A stretch of DNA of 64,000 nucleotides from Strigamia acuminata (lineage: Eukaryota), in the NCBI GenBank assembly GCA_949358305.1, contig OX442314.1, positions 10,416,001 through 10,480,000 on the forward strand, given 5' to 3'. The position numbers were made by a program, and so were the translations under genes. The notes under the pieces are model-generated. The model was not told the origin of the DNA. It ran no database searches and saw only the letters and a program-made list of their open reading frames with translations. Of the stretch, positions 42,701 to 54,850 are shown one piece after another. Each line of letters opens with the position of its first letter. The first letter of the stretch is position 1.

Positions 42701-42769
42701 TCGGATGGAATTTTGGTTGTTTTTGGTGTTAAAAATGGAACTTGTATGCAACATTAAAAATATAATGTA

Positions 42770-43805
42770 AGGATGGGGTTTTAGGGGCCCGGGCCCCAGT
42801 TTTACAGGCCCCTATACAAAATATATATTTTTTTTTATAGATAAATTAGCATGTTTTTTTATAAAAATGTATTTTTTTGTATGAAAATGCATTTTTTAAA
42901 TAAGAAAATGCATTTTTTATTTATTAAATTGCTTTGTTTTGTATTAAAATGCATTGTTTTGTATAAAAATGCATTTTTTATTTATTAAAATGCAATTATT
43001 TTGTATGAAAATGCATTGCTTTGCATGAAAGTGCATTGTCTTGTATAAAAATGCATTTTTTATTTATTAAAATGCAATTATTTTGTATGAAAATGCATTG
43101 CTTTGCATGAAAGTGCATTGTTTTGCATGAAAATGCATTGTTTTGTATGAAAATGCATTGCTTTGCATGAAAAGGCATTGTTTTGAATGAAAAGGCATTG
43201 TTTTGTATGAAAATGCATTGTTTTGTATGAAAATGCATTGTTTTGTATGAAAATGCATTGCTTTGCATGAAAAGGCATTGTTTTGAATGAAAAGGCATTG
43301 TTTTGTATGAAAATGCATTGTTTTGTATGAAAATGCATTGTTTTGTATGAAAATGCATTGTTTTGTATGAAAATGCATTGTTTTGTATGAAAATGCATTG
43401 TTTTGTATGAAAATGCATTCTTTTGTATAAAAATGCATTGTTTTGTATGAAAATGCATTCTTTTGTATGAAAGTGCATTCTTTTGTATGAAAATGCATTC
43501 TTTTGTATAAAAATGCATTGTTTTGTATGAAAATGCATTCTTTTGTATGAAAGTGCATTCTTTTGTATGAAAATGCATTCTTTTGTATAAAAATGCATTG
43601 TTTTGTATGAAAATGCAATTATTTCAGCTCAAATTGAATTTATTTTCTACCAAAAATTTTTTTGTTTCTCGCAGCCATTTTTTCGAGGCCCTAACTGAAA
43701 AAAATCGAAAAAAAAATTTTTGAGAAAATATTTTGGTTTTGGAATTAGGGGCCCCCGCAGCTCCATGGGGCCCTTCTCCTACGAGAACCTAGAAATCCCC
43801 TCCTG
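42770..43805. mobile_element. Putative MITE with GGGCCC-rich subterminal motifs enclosing a 20-bp array
   Basis: Left end AGGATGGGGTTTTAGG resembles the reverse complement of the right end (AGGAGGGGATTTCTAGG). GGGCCC/AGGCCC motifs occur at both ends, with a TTTTGTATGAAAATGCATTG array at 42860-43620. Confidence 0.4.
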
Positions 43806-45985
43806 ATTCAAGGACCCTCTATTGACTAAACACTCTGGGCCCCAACAACGTAAATAAAACATTACAAACATTAGAAACATTAAAACCGCCATTTTTATTC
43901 AAACGAAAAATTGTATAAAAATGTTGTCTAAACCTTTGTACAACATTTGTGCAACGTATCCATGTTATTAGGGCTGCAACGCGGGAACTTTAATGCGAAA
44001 ATCGATTTCTCTTTCATACTTCTTGCTCCCACTTGTTGCGAAATTGAAATAAAAGTCAAATTTATTTCCATTCCACTTGACACTCCATTTTTGTTTATAA
44101 CAAAAATTTGCACGTCCAAAACACTCGTAAATTTAAACTGCCCTTAATTACTCCAAAATAAGCCACGTAATAACATTAAACACTAATTCCCGACCGTAAT
44201 TTACGCAACAATCGCCGCAAAACGACAAAAAGCAAACATGTTTATTCATCGCGCTGCCCCTCGAGCTTTACCCGCGCGCTTCACCACCAAACAAAAACCC
44301 ACGTTACTTTCCCCATAGGAAACAAATAATCGAATTCAAAATAAACATCGAATTTCGACATGAAAAAATTAAAAAACTGCAACGACAGTAACGACACAAC
44401 CAAAACACGAGTGATTTTAAGTAACGAGTCCTGACAGTTATTCGTCGCGCGCAAAAAAAAAATATCTAACTCGCTATTACATCGGGGTCGTCGAGCGCCG
44501 CCCAACGGCACGCACACATCCTACCATGTCCCATTCCTCCGCCCACAGTGTGTCATTTGTCCATAAAACCTTTTCTATCCATTCATTTAATGCAAAAAGT
44601 TGATGGGGTCGTGTATCACAACACAGGTGAGTCAGGGGCCCCTCCAACCACTCTGGCGCTTCTACCTGGACTGAATCATCGACGAGAAGGCGAAAGGAGA
44701 ACGTGTGGCGCCAACTGTTGTCAATTGAGTGGTTGATGGGGGGTCGGTTATGTTATATAGTCACCGATACGCGCACCCCGTCGCCATGGCAATGGGCACA
44801 ACACGGCGGCGAGTCCGGCGACTGTCGAGATGCGAGCAAACATTGCGTTTGGTTGGCGTTTCGTTTTATCGAGTGGAATTAGGCTTGTTTTTAATTTATT
44901 CGGGGGTGAAAGGGTGTCGCGGGGGTGTCGTGTCGTTCCGGTGCAATTGGGACGTGCTGGATGTTATTGTGCGCGTTTTTGTGCTGGAATTGGATTGGGT
45001 TGCCATGGCGACGGTAAATAGCGGCGCATGGGCTCGGGTTGCCGTTGTCGTTGCCGGTGATGTGCAACCTACACCTGGACAAATGAAATTGACATGTGGG
45101 GTGGGGGTGGGGCGGGGGTGGGGATTTGAATTTGAATGGTTTTTTTTGGTTGGGTTGTCGTGGTGAGGGAGGGTTGTTGGTGGGATCGTTCTTGGGGGGT
45201 TTTGTTTTGGGTAAAGAGCGGTTAATTGAGTAAATGCGCAGTCGCAAATGCATTTATCGATCTGGGTTGATGTAGATTGTGTGTGAAAGGTGCACGAGAG
45301 ATGCGGATTTGAGCAACAGGCGGATTTGTGGTGGTGGATGGATGGTGGGGTTTGGGTTTTTGGTTTTTTTGGGGGGTATGGAAGGGGTTTTGGATGGTTT
45401 TTGGTAGTTTTGGGTGGTTTTTGGTGGTTTGGGTTGTATTTTGGTACTTTTAGGTGATTTGTTTGGTGGTTCTTTGGTGTTTATGGAATTTTTTGTTGAT
45501 TCTTTGGTGTTTATGGAATTTTTTGTTGATTCTTTGATGTTAATGGAATTTTTTGTTGATTTTTGTTGGTTATTGGTAACTTTTTGTTTTGTTAGTTTTG
45601 GCTGATATTATGTTGGTTTTTGTTGACTTCTATTGATTTTTGTTGATTTTTTTATGATTTTTGTTAATTTTTTGGGATTTTTGTTAATTTCTTTGTGATT
45701 CTTTGATGTTTGTTGGTTTTTGTTGACTTCTATTGATTTTTGTTGACTTCTATTGATTTTTGTTGATTTTTTAAATGATTTTTGTTAATTTTTTGGGATT
45801 TTTGTTAATTTTTTTTGGTTGTTGTTGATTGTTTTTGGTTGTTGTTAATTTTTTTGGTTGTTGTTAATTTTTTGTGATTCTTTGATGTTTTTGTTGGTTT
45901 TTGTTGATTTTTTTTATAATTTTTGTTAATTTTTTGGGATTTTTGTTAATTTTTTGTGGTTTTTGTTAATTTTTTGTGATTCTTT

Positions 45986-46166
45986 TGTTAGTATAACCAA
46001 TCAGTGTTTAATGTATCAACAACAGGAAATTGCGCGTCATCGCACGTCATATTAGTTTCGTTTATTGTTTTGCAACTCATGCTTTGTAGACTCATGTAGT
46101 AAACCTGACCGCTCGCGGTCTTGAAGTTCCTAATTGTGTTTTATTGCTTTATTGCCCAAACTCACA
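45986..46166 (+). repeat. 5' LTR of the Copia element
   Basis: TGTTAGT...CTCACA, direct repeat of 50379-50559, followed by the PBS. Confidence 0.95.
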
Positions 46167-46295
46167 AAGGTTATGGGTTCAGCACGAGAGGAGAAGCAGT
46201 AAAACTGTCCAGTGAAAACAAACAGTGCGCGTGAGTCAATTTTGAAGAGATTTTGAAAAGGACAAGGTGCCGATCAAAAATCGAGAGTAATCAAA

Positions 46296-49200
46296 ATGGC
46301 CGCCGAAAAGACTGTTTATACTCAACTGGAGAAGTTAGACCACAAAAACTACCCAACATGGCGTTTTAGGATGCAGATACATCTCAAATCACGTACACTG
46401 TGGACTGTGATCGAAAATGACCCCCCAGCAGCAGGGGCTGCAGCCGCAGTCGTAGACGCTTGGAACGAGAAGGATGGAAAAGCATTGGACGCCATTGCTC
46501 AGGCACTTTCCTCCGACCAGTTGGCATTCGTAATGAACAAAGTAACAGCCAAACAAGCATGGGACGAGTTGGAAACCATCCATCGTGGGAATGTGGAAGA
46601 CCAAAAAATAACTTTAAGGTCAGAAATTACAAATATAAAATGGCTGAAAACTGAGGACGCCATGAGCTTCATGACAAAGGTGTCAGGCATGGCGGAAAAA
46701 TTACGTCAACTGGGCGACGCCATTACAGATGCTGAAGTGGCCTGCCATGCATTGAGAGGAATTCCAAGGAAATTCAATGAGGTGCGAGCAAGTTTCGATG
46801 CAATTGCCCCTAATCAATTGACCACGGCCCGTGTGCGTTACGCCCTAATTCAAGCCGAATTGAGGAACAAAGACGAGGACCGAGAGCACGGAGCAGAGAG
46901 CGCCGCACGTGTAAAAGATTTTCGTAAATATTCGTCGAAAAAGGACAAAAAGTGTTTCGAATGCGGAAAAATGGGCCATTTTGCTCGTGATTGTTGGAGC
47001 AAACCCGAAAATGCAAATAAGAAGCCAACAAAGCCAAACAAAAGCGATGACAAGCCCAAAAATAATCCAGGCAACAGCAAAAGTGGAAAACACTATGCAG
47101 CGTGCGTCACGGATGAGTTTGACGACGACACCATCGAGAAATGGCAATTAGATTCGGCGACAACATCACACATTGTAAAAAATGCTAGTTACCTGTCAAA
47201 TGCAATTTTACAAACAAACCGTTTTGTTGATGTGGCGGACGGACGACCTCGACAAGTGGAGGCGGTGGGAGAACTGACATTGAAAGTCAACATGGATGGA
47301 GACCACCATTTTGTGACCCTAAAAGATGTGTTAGCAGTTCCAAGCTTCACCGACAACCTCATTTCTTGCTACAAACTGTCAAAAAATGGATCCGACATCT
47401 GGATGCCTCAAGGAGGAAAAGAGTGTCACGTTTACAAAGGCAAGGACTTGATTTTGCGAGGAGTCGTAAAAGGGGAGCAGTACTTATTAGATGTCGCCCC
47501 TGTCCACTCAGAAGACCACGTAAATGCGGTGGCAACAGTCAAGCCAAACACAAACAATTCATCACAACTATGGCATCGAAGAATGGCACACATTAACAGT
47601 TCTGCAATTGCAAAAATGGCCAAAATGGACATAAACGGACTCAAAATCGACACACAAAATGAAGAAAAATGCATTAATTGTGTCAAAGGGAAATATTGCC
47701 GCAAGCCGTTCAAACGAGTCGCCACAAAGGCGTCTGGGGCAATATTAGAATTATTGCATATGGATTTGTGTGGGCCGTTTCCGGTCGAGACGTTGGCCGG
47801 CAACAAATACATTTTTTGTATAGTTGATGATTTTTCTAATTATGTTTTTGCTATTTTTCTCAGGTACAAATCGGAGGTGACCGAGGAATTTATCAAACTC
47901 GTAAAACGAATCGAAAATGCCACAGACCGAACAGTGAAAAGAATCAGATCCGACAACGGCGGAGAATTCGTAAACGCAAAAATGAAAAGTTTTCTGGAGT
48001 CGAAAGGGATCCACCATGAAAAGACCGTTCCACATAGCCCGCAGCAAAACGGAACGGCTGAACGGATGAACAGGACCATCGTCGAAGCTGCCCGAACGAT
48101 GATAAGCGAGGCAAAATTGCCGGCGAAATTTTGGGGCGAAGCAGTGCGAACGGCAGTCTACGTGCGAAATAGATGCATTTGCGCTCGAGCAAATGACAAA
48201 ATACCGTGGGAAATTTGGAATGGAAGAAAAACATCAGTGAAATACTTCAAAGTGTTCGGATGTATGGCAGAAATTTGGACCCCACCACAAATGAGAAGTA
48301 AAATGGACGAAAAAACAAATTCAGCAATTTTCATTGGTTATAATGAAGACAGAAAAGCATATTTATTTTATGACATTACAACTCAAAAAGTTATCCCACA
48401 AAGAGATGTCGTTTTCTTTGAAGACAAATTTTGCAATGAAGATTTTGAAGAAGAAGAAAACAAATATGCAGAAATTTGTTACACAATACCGGAAAAGGGA
48501 CAAAATAGTCAACCCCCTGAGGCCGAAGAGTCAGACGAAGGGGAAGAGGACGATGCCCTCGATTACCAAACCCCCAACAGTGGCACAGACTCAGACTCCA
48601 TTAGTGCGAAGTCCGACGACGAGAGAGAAGAATCGCCCGGGGCAGTAGGGGGAAACCAAAACAATCCAAGTTCAGTGGGAGAAAATGCAGACAATTTGAG
48701 TCGAGTGGGAGAAAGATGGTCAACCAGAAATAGAAAGGAAACAGAGCGACTACAAATTGACCCAAACAAGAAATCTTACTGCAGCAAAGTGTCAGAGCCA
48801 AAAATACCAACAACATATGAAGAAAGTTTGCTGTCAGATGAAAGAGAAGATTGGGAATATGCAATGAGAGCTGAATTAGAATCACATGACTTAATGGGGA
48901 CATGGGAAATTGTCAAAGAAAAACCCGGAATGAAAATCATAAAATCTAAGTGGGTTTTCAAAACTAAAGGGACCAAAGAAGACAAGATTTACAAGGCCAG
49001 ATTGGTAGCCCAGGGAAGTAGCCAACGACCTGGCATTGACTATGAGCAGACCTACTCACCAGTTTTGAGATTGACCAGCTTGAGAGTTCTAATTGTGATT
49101 GGACACATGTTAAACTTGATAATGAGACAATTGGATGTTAGAACTGCATATTTACATGGGAAGCTGGAAGAAGAAATTTTCATGCGAATCCCACAAGGGC

Positions 49201-50339
49201 TAGAAGAATTTTTCGGACCAGGACAAATATGCAAATTATTGAAGGCAATTTATGGACTTAAACAGAGCGGTCGCAACTGGTATTTAAAATTAAAAGAAGA
49301 ACTCGAAATAATGGCTTACATAAGACTGAGGTCAGATGTTTGCATTTTTATATGCCGAAGAAAAGGAGGGATAATTATCATCGGAATTTATGTTGATGAC
49401 ATGTTGGTGTTGGCCTCGAATGACGAACTAATGGACTATTGTTTAAAAAAGCTAACATCAAAATTTAACATTAGGGATTTGGGAGAGCCAAAGAAAATCC
49501 TCGGCATACAGATTGAAAAGGACACAGAAACAGGGAAAATAATGCTCAGCCAACGCGACTATGTGGAAGAAATTTTAGAACGTTTTGGCATGCCTAAATG
49601 CAAACCAGCAAAATCCCCGATGGGACCAGAATGGAAGGACGCATTAAACAAAAAGGATGATGCTCTAACCAATCACCCATTCCAAAGCGTCATAGGCTCA
49701 TTAATGTTCCTGGTGCAAGGCACGAGACCAGATTTGGCATTCAGCGTACATTTCCTGAGTCGTTTTAATTCGTGCGCGACTAAACACCATTGGAAGATGG
49801 CAAAGCGAGTGCTAAGATATTTGCAGGGCACGAAGGGTTTGCGTTTGTGTTATGATCGACAGCTTCAAGGACTATTTGGATATTCCGACTCAAACCACAA
49901 CAATGGGACGGACGACAGGAAGTCGATTAGCGGCCATGTTTTCACCCTAGGAAACGGAGCAGTGTCATGGCGGTCGTTAAAGCAAAATATCGTCGCATTG
50001 TCATCGTGTGAAGCGGAATACATCGGCATGTGCGAAGCCGCACGAGAGGGAAAGTGGCTGAAGTCTTTAATCAACGAAATTGGCTTCAACGAATTAAAAG
50101 TGAACAGAATCAAAATTTATTGCGACAATCAGGCAGCAGAAGGAATCGCTGACGACGAGCAAATGCATCAGCGCACAAAACACATCGATTTGAGATTCAT
50201 GTTCTTAAAGAACGAAGTTGCAAATAATCAAATTGAGTTCCAGTACCTGCCCAGTGCGGAGATGGTAGCAGACGGACTTACAAAACCACTGCAAGGGCAG
50301 CAGTTGAAGATTTCTAATGAGAGACTCGGACTTTTTTGA
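46296..50339 (+). CDS. Copia Gag-Pol polyprotein (Gag, CCHC knuckle, protease, integrase, RT, RNase H), 1347 aa
   Basis: CFECGKMGHFARDC zinc knuckle; WQLDSATTSH protease; LWHRRMAH..C..C plus LHMDLCGP / RSDNGGEF / NGTAERMNRT integrase; YKARLVAQG and YVDDML RT; YSDS, CEAEY, CDNQAA, TKHID and ADGLTK RNase H. Integrase-before-RT order defines Copia. Confidence 0.97.
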   Translation: MAAEKTVYTQLEKLDHKNYPTWRFRMQIHLKSRTLWTVIENDPPAAGAAAAVVDAWNEKDGKALDAIAQALSSDQLAFVMNKVTAKQAWDELETIHRGNVEDQKITLRSEITNIKWLKTEDAMSFMTKVSGMAEKLRQLGDAITDAEVACHALRGIPRKFNEVRASFDAIAPNQLTTARVRYALIQAELRNKDEDREHGAESAARVKDFRKYSSKKDKKCFECGKMGHFARDCWSKPENANKKPTKPNKSDDKPKNNPGNSKSGKHYAACVTDEFDDDTIEKWQLDSATTSHIVKNASYLSNAILQTNRFVDVADGRPRQVEAVGELTLKVNMDGDHHFVTLKDVLAVPSFTDNLISCYKLSKNGSDIWMPQGGKECHVYKGKDLILRGVVKGEQYLLDVAPVHSEDHVNAVATVKPNTNNSSQLWHRRMAHINSSAIAKMAKMDINGLKIDTQNEEKCINCVKGKYCRKPFKRVATKASGAILELLHMDLCGPFPVETLAGNKYIFCIVDDFSNYVFAIFLRYKSEVTEEFIKLVKRIENATDRTVKRIRSDNGGEFVNAKMKSFLESKGIHHEKTVPHSPQQNGTAERMNRTIVEAARTMISEAKLPAKFWGEAVRTAVYVRNRCICARANDKIPWEIWNGRKTSVKYFKVFGCMAEIWTPPQMRSKMDEKTNSAIFIGYNEDRKAYLFYDITTQKVIPQRDVVFFEDKFCNEDFEEEENKYAEICYTIPEKGQNSQPPEAEESDEGEEDDALDYQTPNSGTDSDSISAKSDDEREESPGAVGGNQNNPSSVGENADNLSRVGERWSTRNRKETERLQIDPNKKSYCSKVSEPKIPTTYEESLLSDEREDWEYAMRAELESHDLMGTWEIVKEKPGMKIIKSKWVFKTKGTKEDKIYKARLVAQGSSQRPGIDYEQTYSPVLRLTSLRVLIVIGHMLNLIMRQLDVRTAYLHGKLEEEIFMRIPQGLEEFFGPGQICKLLKAIYGLKQSGRNWYLKLKEELEIMAYIRLRSDVCIFICRRKGGIIIIGIYVDDMLVLASNDELMDYCLKKLTSKFNIRDLGEPKKILGIQIEKDTETGKIMLSQRDYVEEILERFGMPKCKPAKSPMGPEWKDALNKKDDALTNHPFQSVIGSLMFLVQGTRPDLAFSVHFLSRFNSCATKHHWKMAKRVLRYLQGTKGLRLCYDRQLQGLFGYSDSNHNNGTDDRKSISGHVFTLGNGAVSWRSLKQNIVALSSCEAEYIGMCEAAREGKWLKSLINEIGFNELKVNRIKIYCDNQAAEGIADDEQMHQRTKHIDLRFMFLKNEVANNQIEFQYLPSAEMVADGLTKPLQGQQLKISNERLGLF

Positions 50340-50378
50340 TTATTGAGTGATTTTATGTGCATTAAACAAGTGGGAGAA

Positions 50379-50559
50379 TGTTAGTATAACCAATCAGTGT
50401 TTAATGTATCAACAACAGGAAATTGCGCGTCATCGCACGTCATATTAGTTTCGTTTATTGTTTTGCAACTCATGCTTTGTAGACTCATGTAGTAAACCTG
50501 ACCGCTCGCGGTCTTGAAGTTCCTAATTGTGTTTTATTGCTTTATTGCCCAAACTCACA
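50379..50559 (+). repeat. 3' LTR of the Copia element
   Basis: Direct repeat of 45986-46166, preceded by the PPT and followed by TSD TCTTT. Confidence 0.95.
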
Positions 50560-53500
50560 TCTTTGATGTTTTTGTTGGTTTTAGTTGATTTTTTTGTTCA
50601 TTTTTTTATTTCTGAGATATTTTTATTGACTTTGTTGACTTTTTTGTTGATTCTTTGTTGATTCTTTGATGTTATGAATATTTTCGTTGATTTCAATTGT
50701 CTATTTTTACTTAATTTTTGCTATTTTCAAAACACATTTTATTTTAACAATTTTAAAATTAACACAAATTTGTTCCATCATCCCACCAGTTCAAAAACTC
50801 CAAAATTCCAGGAACAAAGAAGAAAAAAAAACGAAATTAATCCTAAAATAGCAGTGGAAACGGGCCATATAATGGTACTCGGTATCAAAGTTCAGTTATC
50901 CACTCCCCCTACCCTAGCGGTGGGAAAATGTGGAACAAAAGATTCCTTTCCCTCGTGTTGCTTGTATAAAACGCCATATGGCGCGTTGCTTTTCAAAATT
51001 TGCATTGTGGGACATTGTGTGCACGCGTTCTGCACCGTAGCACGCGACTCCACTGTAGAAAAGGGGAATAATAAGAATAAAGCCAAACTATCCCCAGCGC
51101 AGCACCCAACAGCACCAACACAGCGCCATTGATACATAATTTAACTGATTTTTATCATTTCACAACAAAATTGAAAAAATGTTCGACTAATTCTTCACAC
51201 ATTTTATTTCCACGATAAAATAAGGAAAGTAAATAGTAATTATCATAAAAAACTCACTCGTGTATGAAGATTTTGCCAACTGGCAATTGACAGATGGTGC
51301 GAGCGTCATAACGAGCATCAAAGATGGCGGCGTGTGTGCAGGCGTTTGGAAATTAAAAGATACGAGTGTAAATATAAAAATTGCAGCATTGCTTAATAAA
51401 ATTGGATATAATTTTGTGTTTTTCTTCGTTTCTTTCGCGTAAATTCTTCCACAAGTGAATTTGTGTCACGTTTACGACCAAACTGCCACTGGGCGGCGGT
51501 GGCGGGTTAAAATGATGACGGTAATAAAAATGGGGTATTTATTTACAATTTACGAGCCGCTTTTCACTTAAGATGGTGGTCGAATAAATGTTTATGTCGA
51601 CGACACCTGAGCTGGCCTACATTGCAAAAATCCCGGACGAGAAGCGAAATTAATGTGGAAACAAAAATAACAAAAATGGCGGATGGCGATAAAAAAATTG
51701 TGGAAAATGATATTTTTTAATTAAATTATTTATTATTTCGGTTAATTTCCGATTATATGTTGATGTAATGAGTTTTTTTTTGGTTTCGTTCTTGAGTTGT
51801 TACCGAATAAAAAAGAAAAAAAAACTCACGTAGCGAATGTAACGGGATCGGTCGCTTGCTAGGCGCGTGTTGCTAGGCAACGACGGAAACTGAGATACCG
51901 AGTTGTATGAATGAGGGGGCTGAAATTATGAGATGAAATATCTTCTTAGGTATGAGATTGGATCGATTTTTATTGGAAAATAGAAGTAAGAATGTTTTAT
52001 TTTTATTTTTTTATTTTTATTTTTTATTTTTTTAATTTTTGAATTATAGTGGTTCATTAATCATCCGGTAGGAGGGGGATAAAAATGGCGGATTTTTTTG
52101 GGGGATTTGTGATTAGCGTATCTAATCAACGCGTGATGTTTTTGAGGAGGGAAAAAAAAATGGAAGTCCGCGTTCCCCTTGTCTCGTTTTGATGTGCTGG
52201 GCGCGTGTCGAGTTGGCGCGTGTCGACTTCTCCCTCGTACTAAAGCGGATGAATGGCGAACGTGCTCGTTGTCATGACGACGAGGATTAGATACTCGTCA
52301 TGGAGTATGCGCAATCAACACTTGGGAATTCCCTTTTATGATTTTGCATGTTTTTTTCGTCTTTGGACTGCTTGATTAAATGTGTTTCATCGCGATGAGT
52401 GACATCTGGCGGCACACACGAGTGATACTTGGAAGAATGTAACAAAACGCAATTGAATACGGTAATAAAAGTCAAGAGCAGACTTTAATGGGGGGAAAAG
52501 GCCTAAACCTGGATCTAATAGGCCCAAATGTAGGTGAAATATGCCAAAATTTTGTATGAAATAGGCCTCAAAAGCCTAAATTTGTGTGAAAATGAGCCTA
52601 ATAAGTCTAAATATTTTTGAAAATGGGCCTAATAGGCCTAAATTTGTGTGAAAATGAGCCTGATAAGTCTAAATATTTTTGAAAATGGGCCTAAAAAGCC
52701 TAAATATGTTTGCTAATAAGCCTAAATATGTTTGAAAATGAGCCCAATAGGCCTAAATTTGTGTGAAAATGAGCATAAAAAGCTTAGTTTGAATGAAATA
52801 GGGCTAATTTATGGTTTAATAGACCTAATTTATGTTGTAATAGGCTTAATACATGTTGAAATAAACCTAATTTATGTTGAAATAGGCTTCATTTTGTGTT
52901 GAAATAGGCTTCATTTTGTGTTGCTTGAAATAGGCCTAATTTACGTTGAGATAGGCCTAAATCATCTTTAAAATAATTGGTTTAGTCTTTATTTTGTAAC
53001 TTATTTTGGGAGTGGGTGGGGGGACGAGGGTGACCAAATTGTTCTTCCATTGAGATTAAAGGTCTTTAGAGCGACCTCATTTACTGATTACATTTTTCCC
53101 TTCCTTTATGTCCAACCCCCACCTCTTTTTTTGCATGATTAATAACACTTTGATAGCACCAACATCCTCCCTCTTTCGCAAATTAACATTCTACAACACA
53201 AAAGACACATTTCTATTACATAACAACCCATTATCCCGACCCTAACCATTTGTTTACCGACATTAATTCCGAAAAGAGACCAGCAAAACAACCCGAAAGA
53301 ACAGTCAACACAAAACACGCTAAACCCAAACAAATCCACCACCCGGTGGCGCTTCCGCCCAACTAAACGAAGCCCGACACCTAATGAAATGAAGCGATCA
53401 AAATGGCGACGACAAATTTGACAAGCAAAACGTTAAAATTTAAATATTTAAACATTTTAACCGAGAAATTTCAATAAAAAAAATAAATTATCCATTTTTA

Positions 53501-54314
53501 AATGACATTTTTATAATATCATAGTGTACTGGGGGGGTCCGTGAAGTTTGTTTGTGCGCCAGATGCCGCGCACTTTGTCCGCCATTGATCTCTCCCTTAG
53601 GACTCGTTTTGCTACACATTCCCCTGATTAAATTCCGATCACCAATTGACAGATTAACGCCCTCCCACGGCGAAAAAGCATCGAACGACTACCAATCTTT
53701 ATTTTATTTTTTTTTCCATAAATCACGAGGAAAAAATTGGGGGGGAAAATGAATTGAATTTGATTTGTGTTGTTTTTCTGAAAGGGTTCCGTCCTTCGGC
53801 CATCTGCTCTTGCACCTTCCCCGGTCCACCCAGGTGAACTGTACACGAAAATCGTTTTCACCTGCGACCAGGAAGCAGATTCATCTTCCACCCACGCTTT
53901 AAGGTCACTTGATGGGGATCTAAAGCACGCGCCAATCGAGATAAAAGACTCGTTACGCTCCCTTCTGCGCCTATCCACCTCCACTTTTCAACCTATGGGT
54001 TCTCTCTCTCTCTCTCTTTCGAAACGGCAGCTGCAATACTCGACTTTATGCAGCACATCCCTCCCTCCCCATGCACACTCTAGATGGCGACCATAGTTCA
54101 CTCCATTTTCATGCTAATCATCATCGTTCATAATGATGGGAATGGCCGAATATTATAATCACGCCCTCTTGTGATAATTAATTTGTGAAATAAAATGATT
54201 TTTTTGTTGTTGAGAGTCCGATTTCTATGGATTTTTACATTTTAGAGATATAATCGCGAGATGGGGTGAATGAAGTCAGGAATTGTGGGAAATTTGGTGG
54301 AATAGGCCTCGTCT

Positions 54315-54850
54315 AAAATGGCCGTTTGTCTCGATCTTATTATGTTATTATGTTTATTTCGTCATGGGAATGAATTAAGTTGATGAAATATGAATTTTTT
54401 GTCATCGAGTTGTAGTGATGACAATTTCGCTTTGATCTCGTTCTTTCTCGAACGTCGGACGGTATCCAAAATGGCCGCTTCTCGTCCCGATCTAAGTCAA
54501 GTTTTGTGTTTATTTCGTCACGGGAATGAATTAAGTTGATGAAATATGAATTTTTTTCGTCGAGTTGGACAGTGATGATAATTTCGCTTTGATCTCGTTC
54601 TTTCTCGAACGTCGGACGGTATCCAAAATGGCCGCTTCTCGTCCCGATCTAAGTCAAGTTTTGTGTTTATTTCGACACGGGAATGAATTTCCATAATAAA
54701 ATATGAAATTTTTTGGAATTAGATGTCGAAATAAATTGAAAATAATAAAATAAATCGGTTTTATATCTCCAATTTTTTCGATTTTTAGTACCGGAGGTTT
54801 ATAATCGAGTTAAACGATCTCGCTTTGATCTCGTTGTTTCTCGAACGATA
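54315..54850. repeat. ~155-bp tandem repeat, about 3 copies plus a partial
   Basis: AAAATGGCCG anchors at ~54315, 54468 and 54625; shared TCGCTTTGATCTCGTTCTTTCTCGAACG. Confidence 0.85.

Larger units (their letters stand above)
45986..50559 (+). mobile_element. Full-length Ty1/Copia LTR retrotransposon, recent insertion
   Basis: 181-bp TG...CA LTRs at 45986-46166 and 50379-50559, identical by eye. 5-bp TSD TCTTT at 45981-45985 and 50560-50564. PBS GGTTATGGGTTCAG at 46169-46182. PPT AAGTGGGAGAA at 50368-50378. Single intact ORF. Confidence 0.97.
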
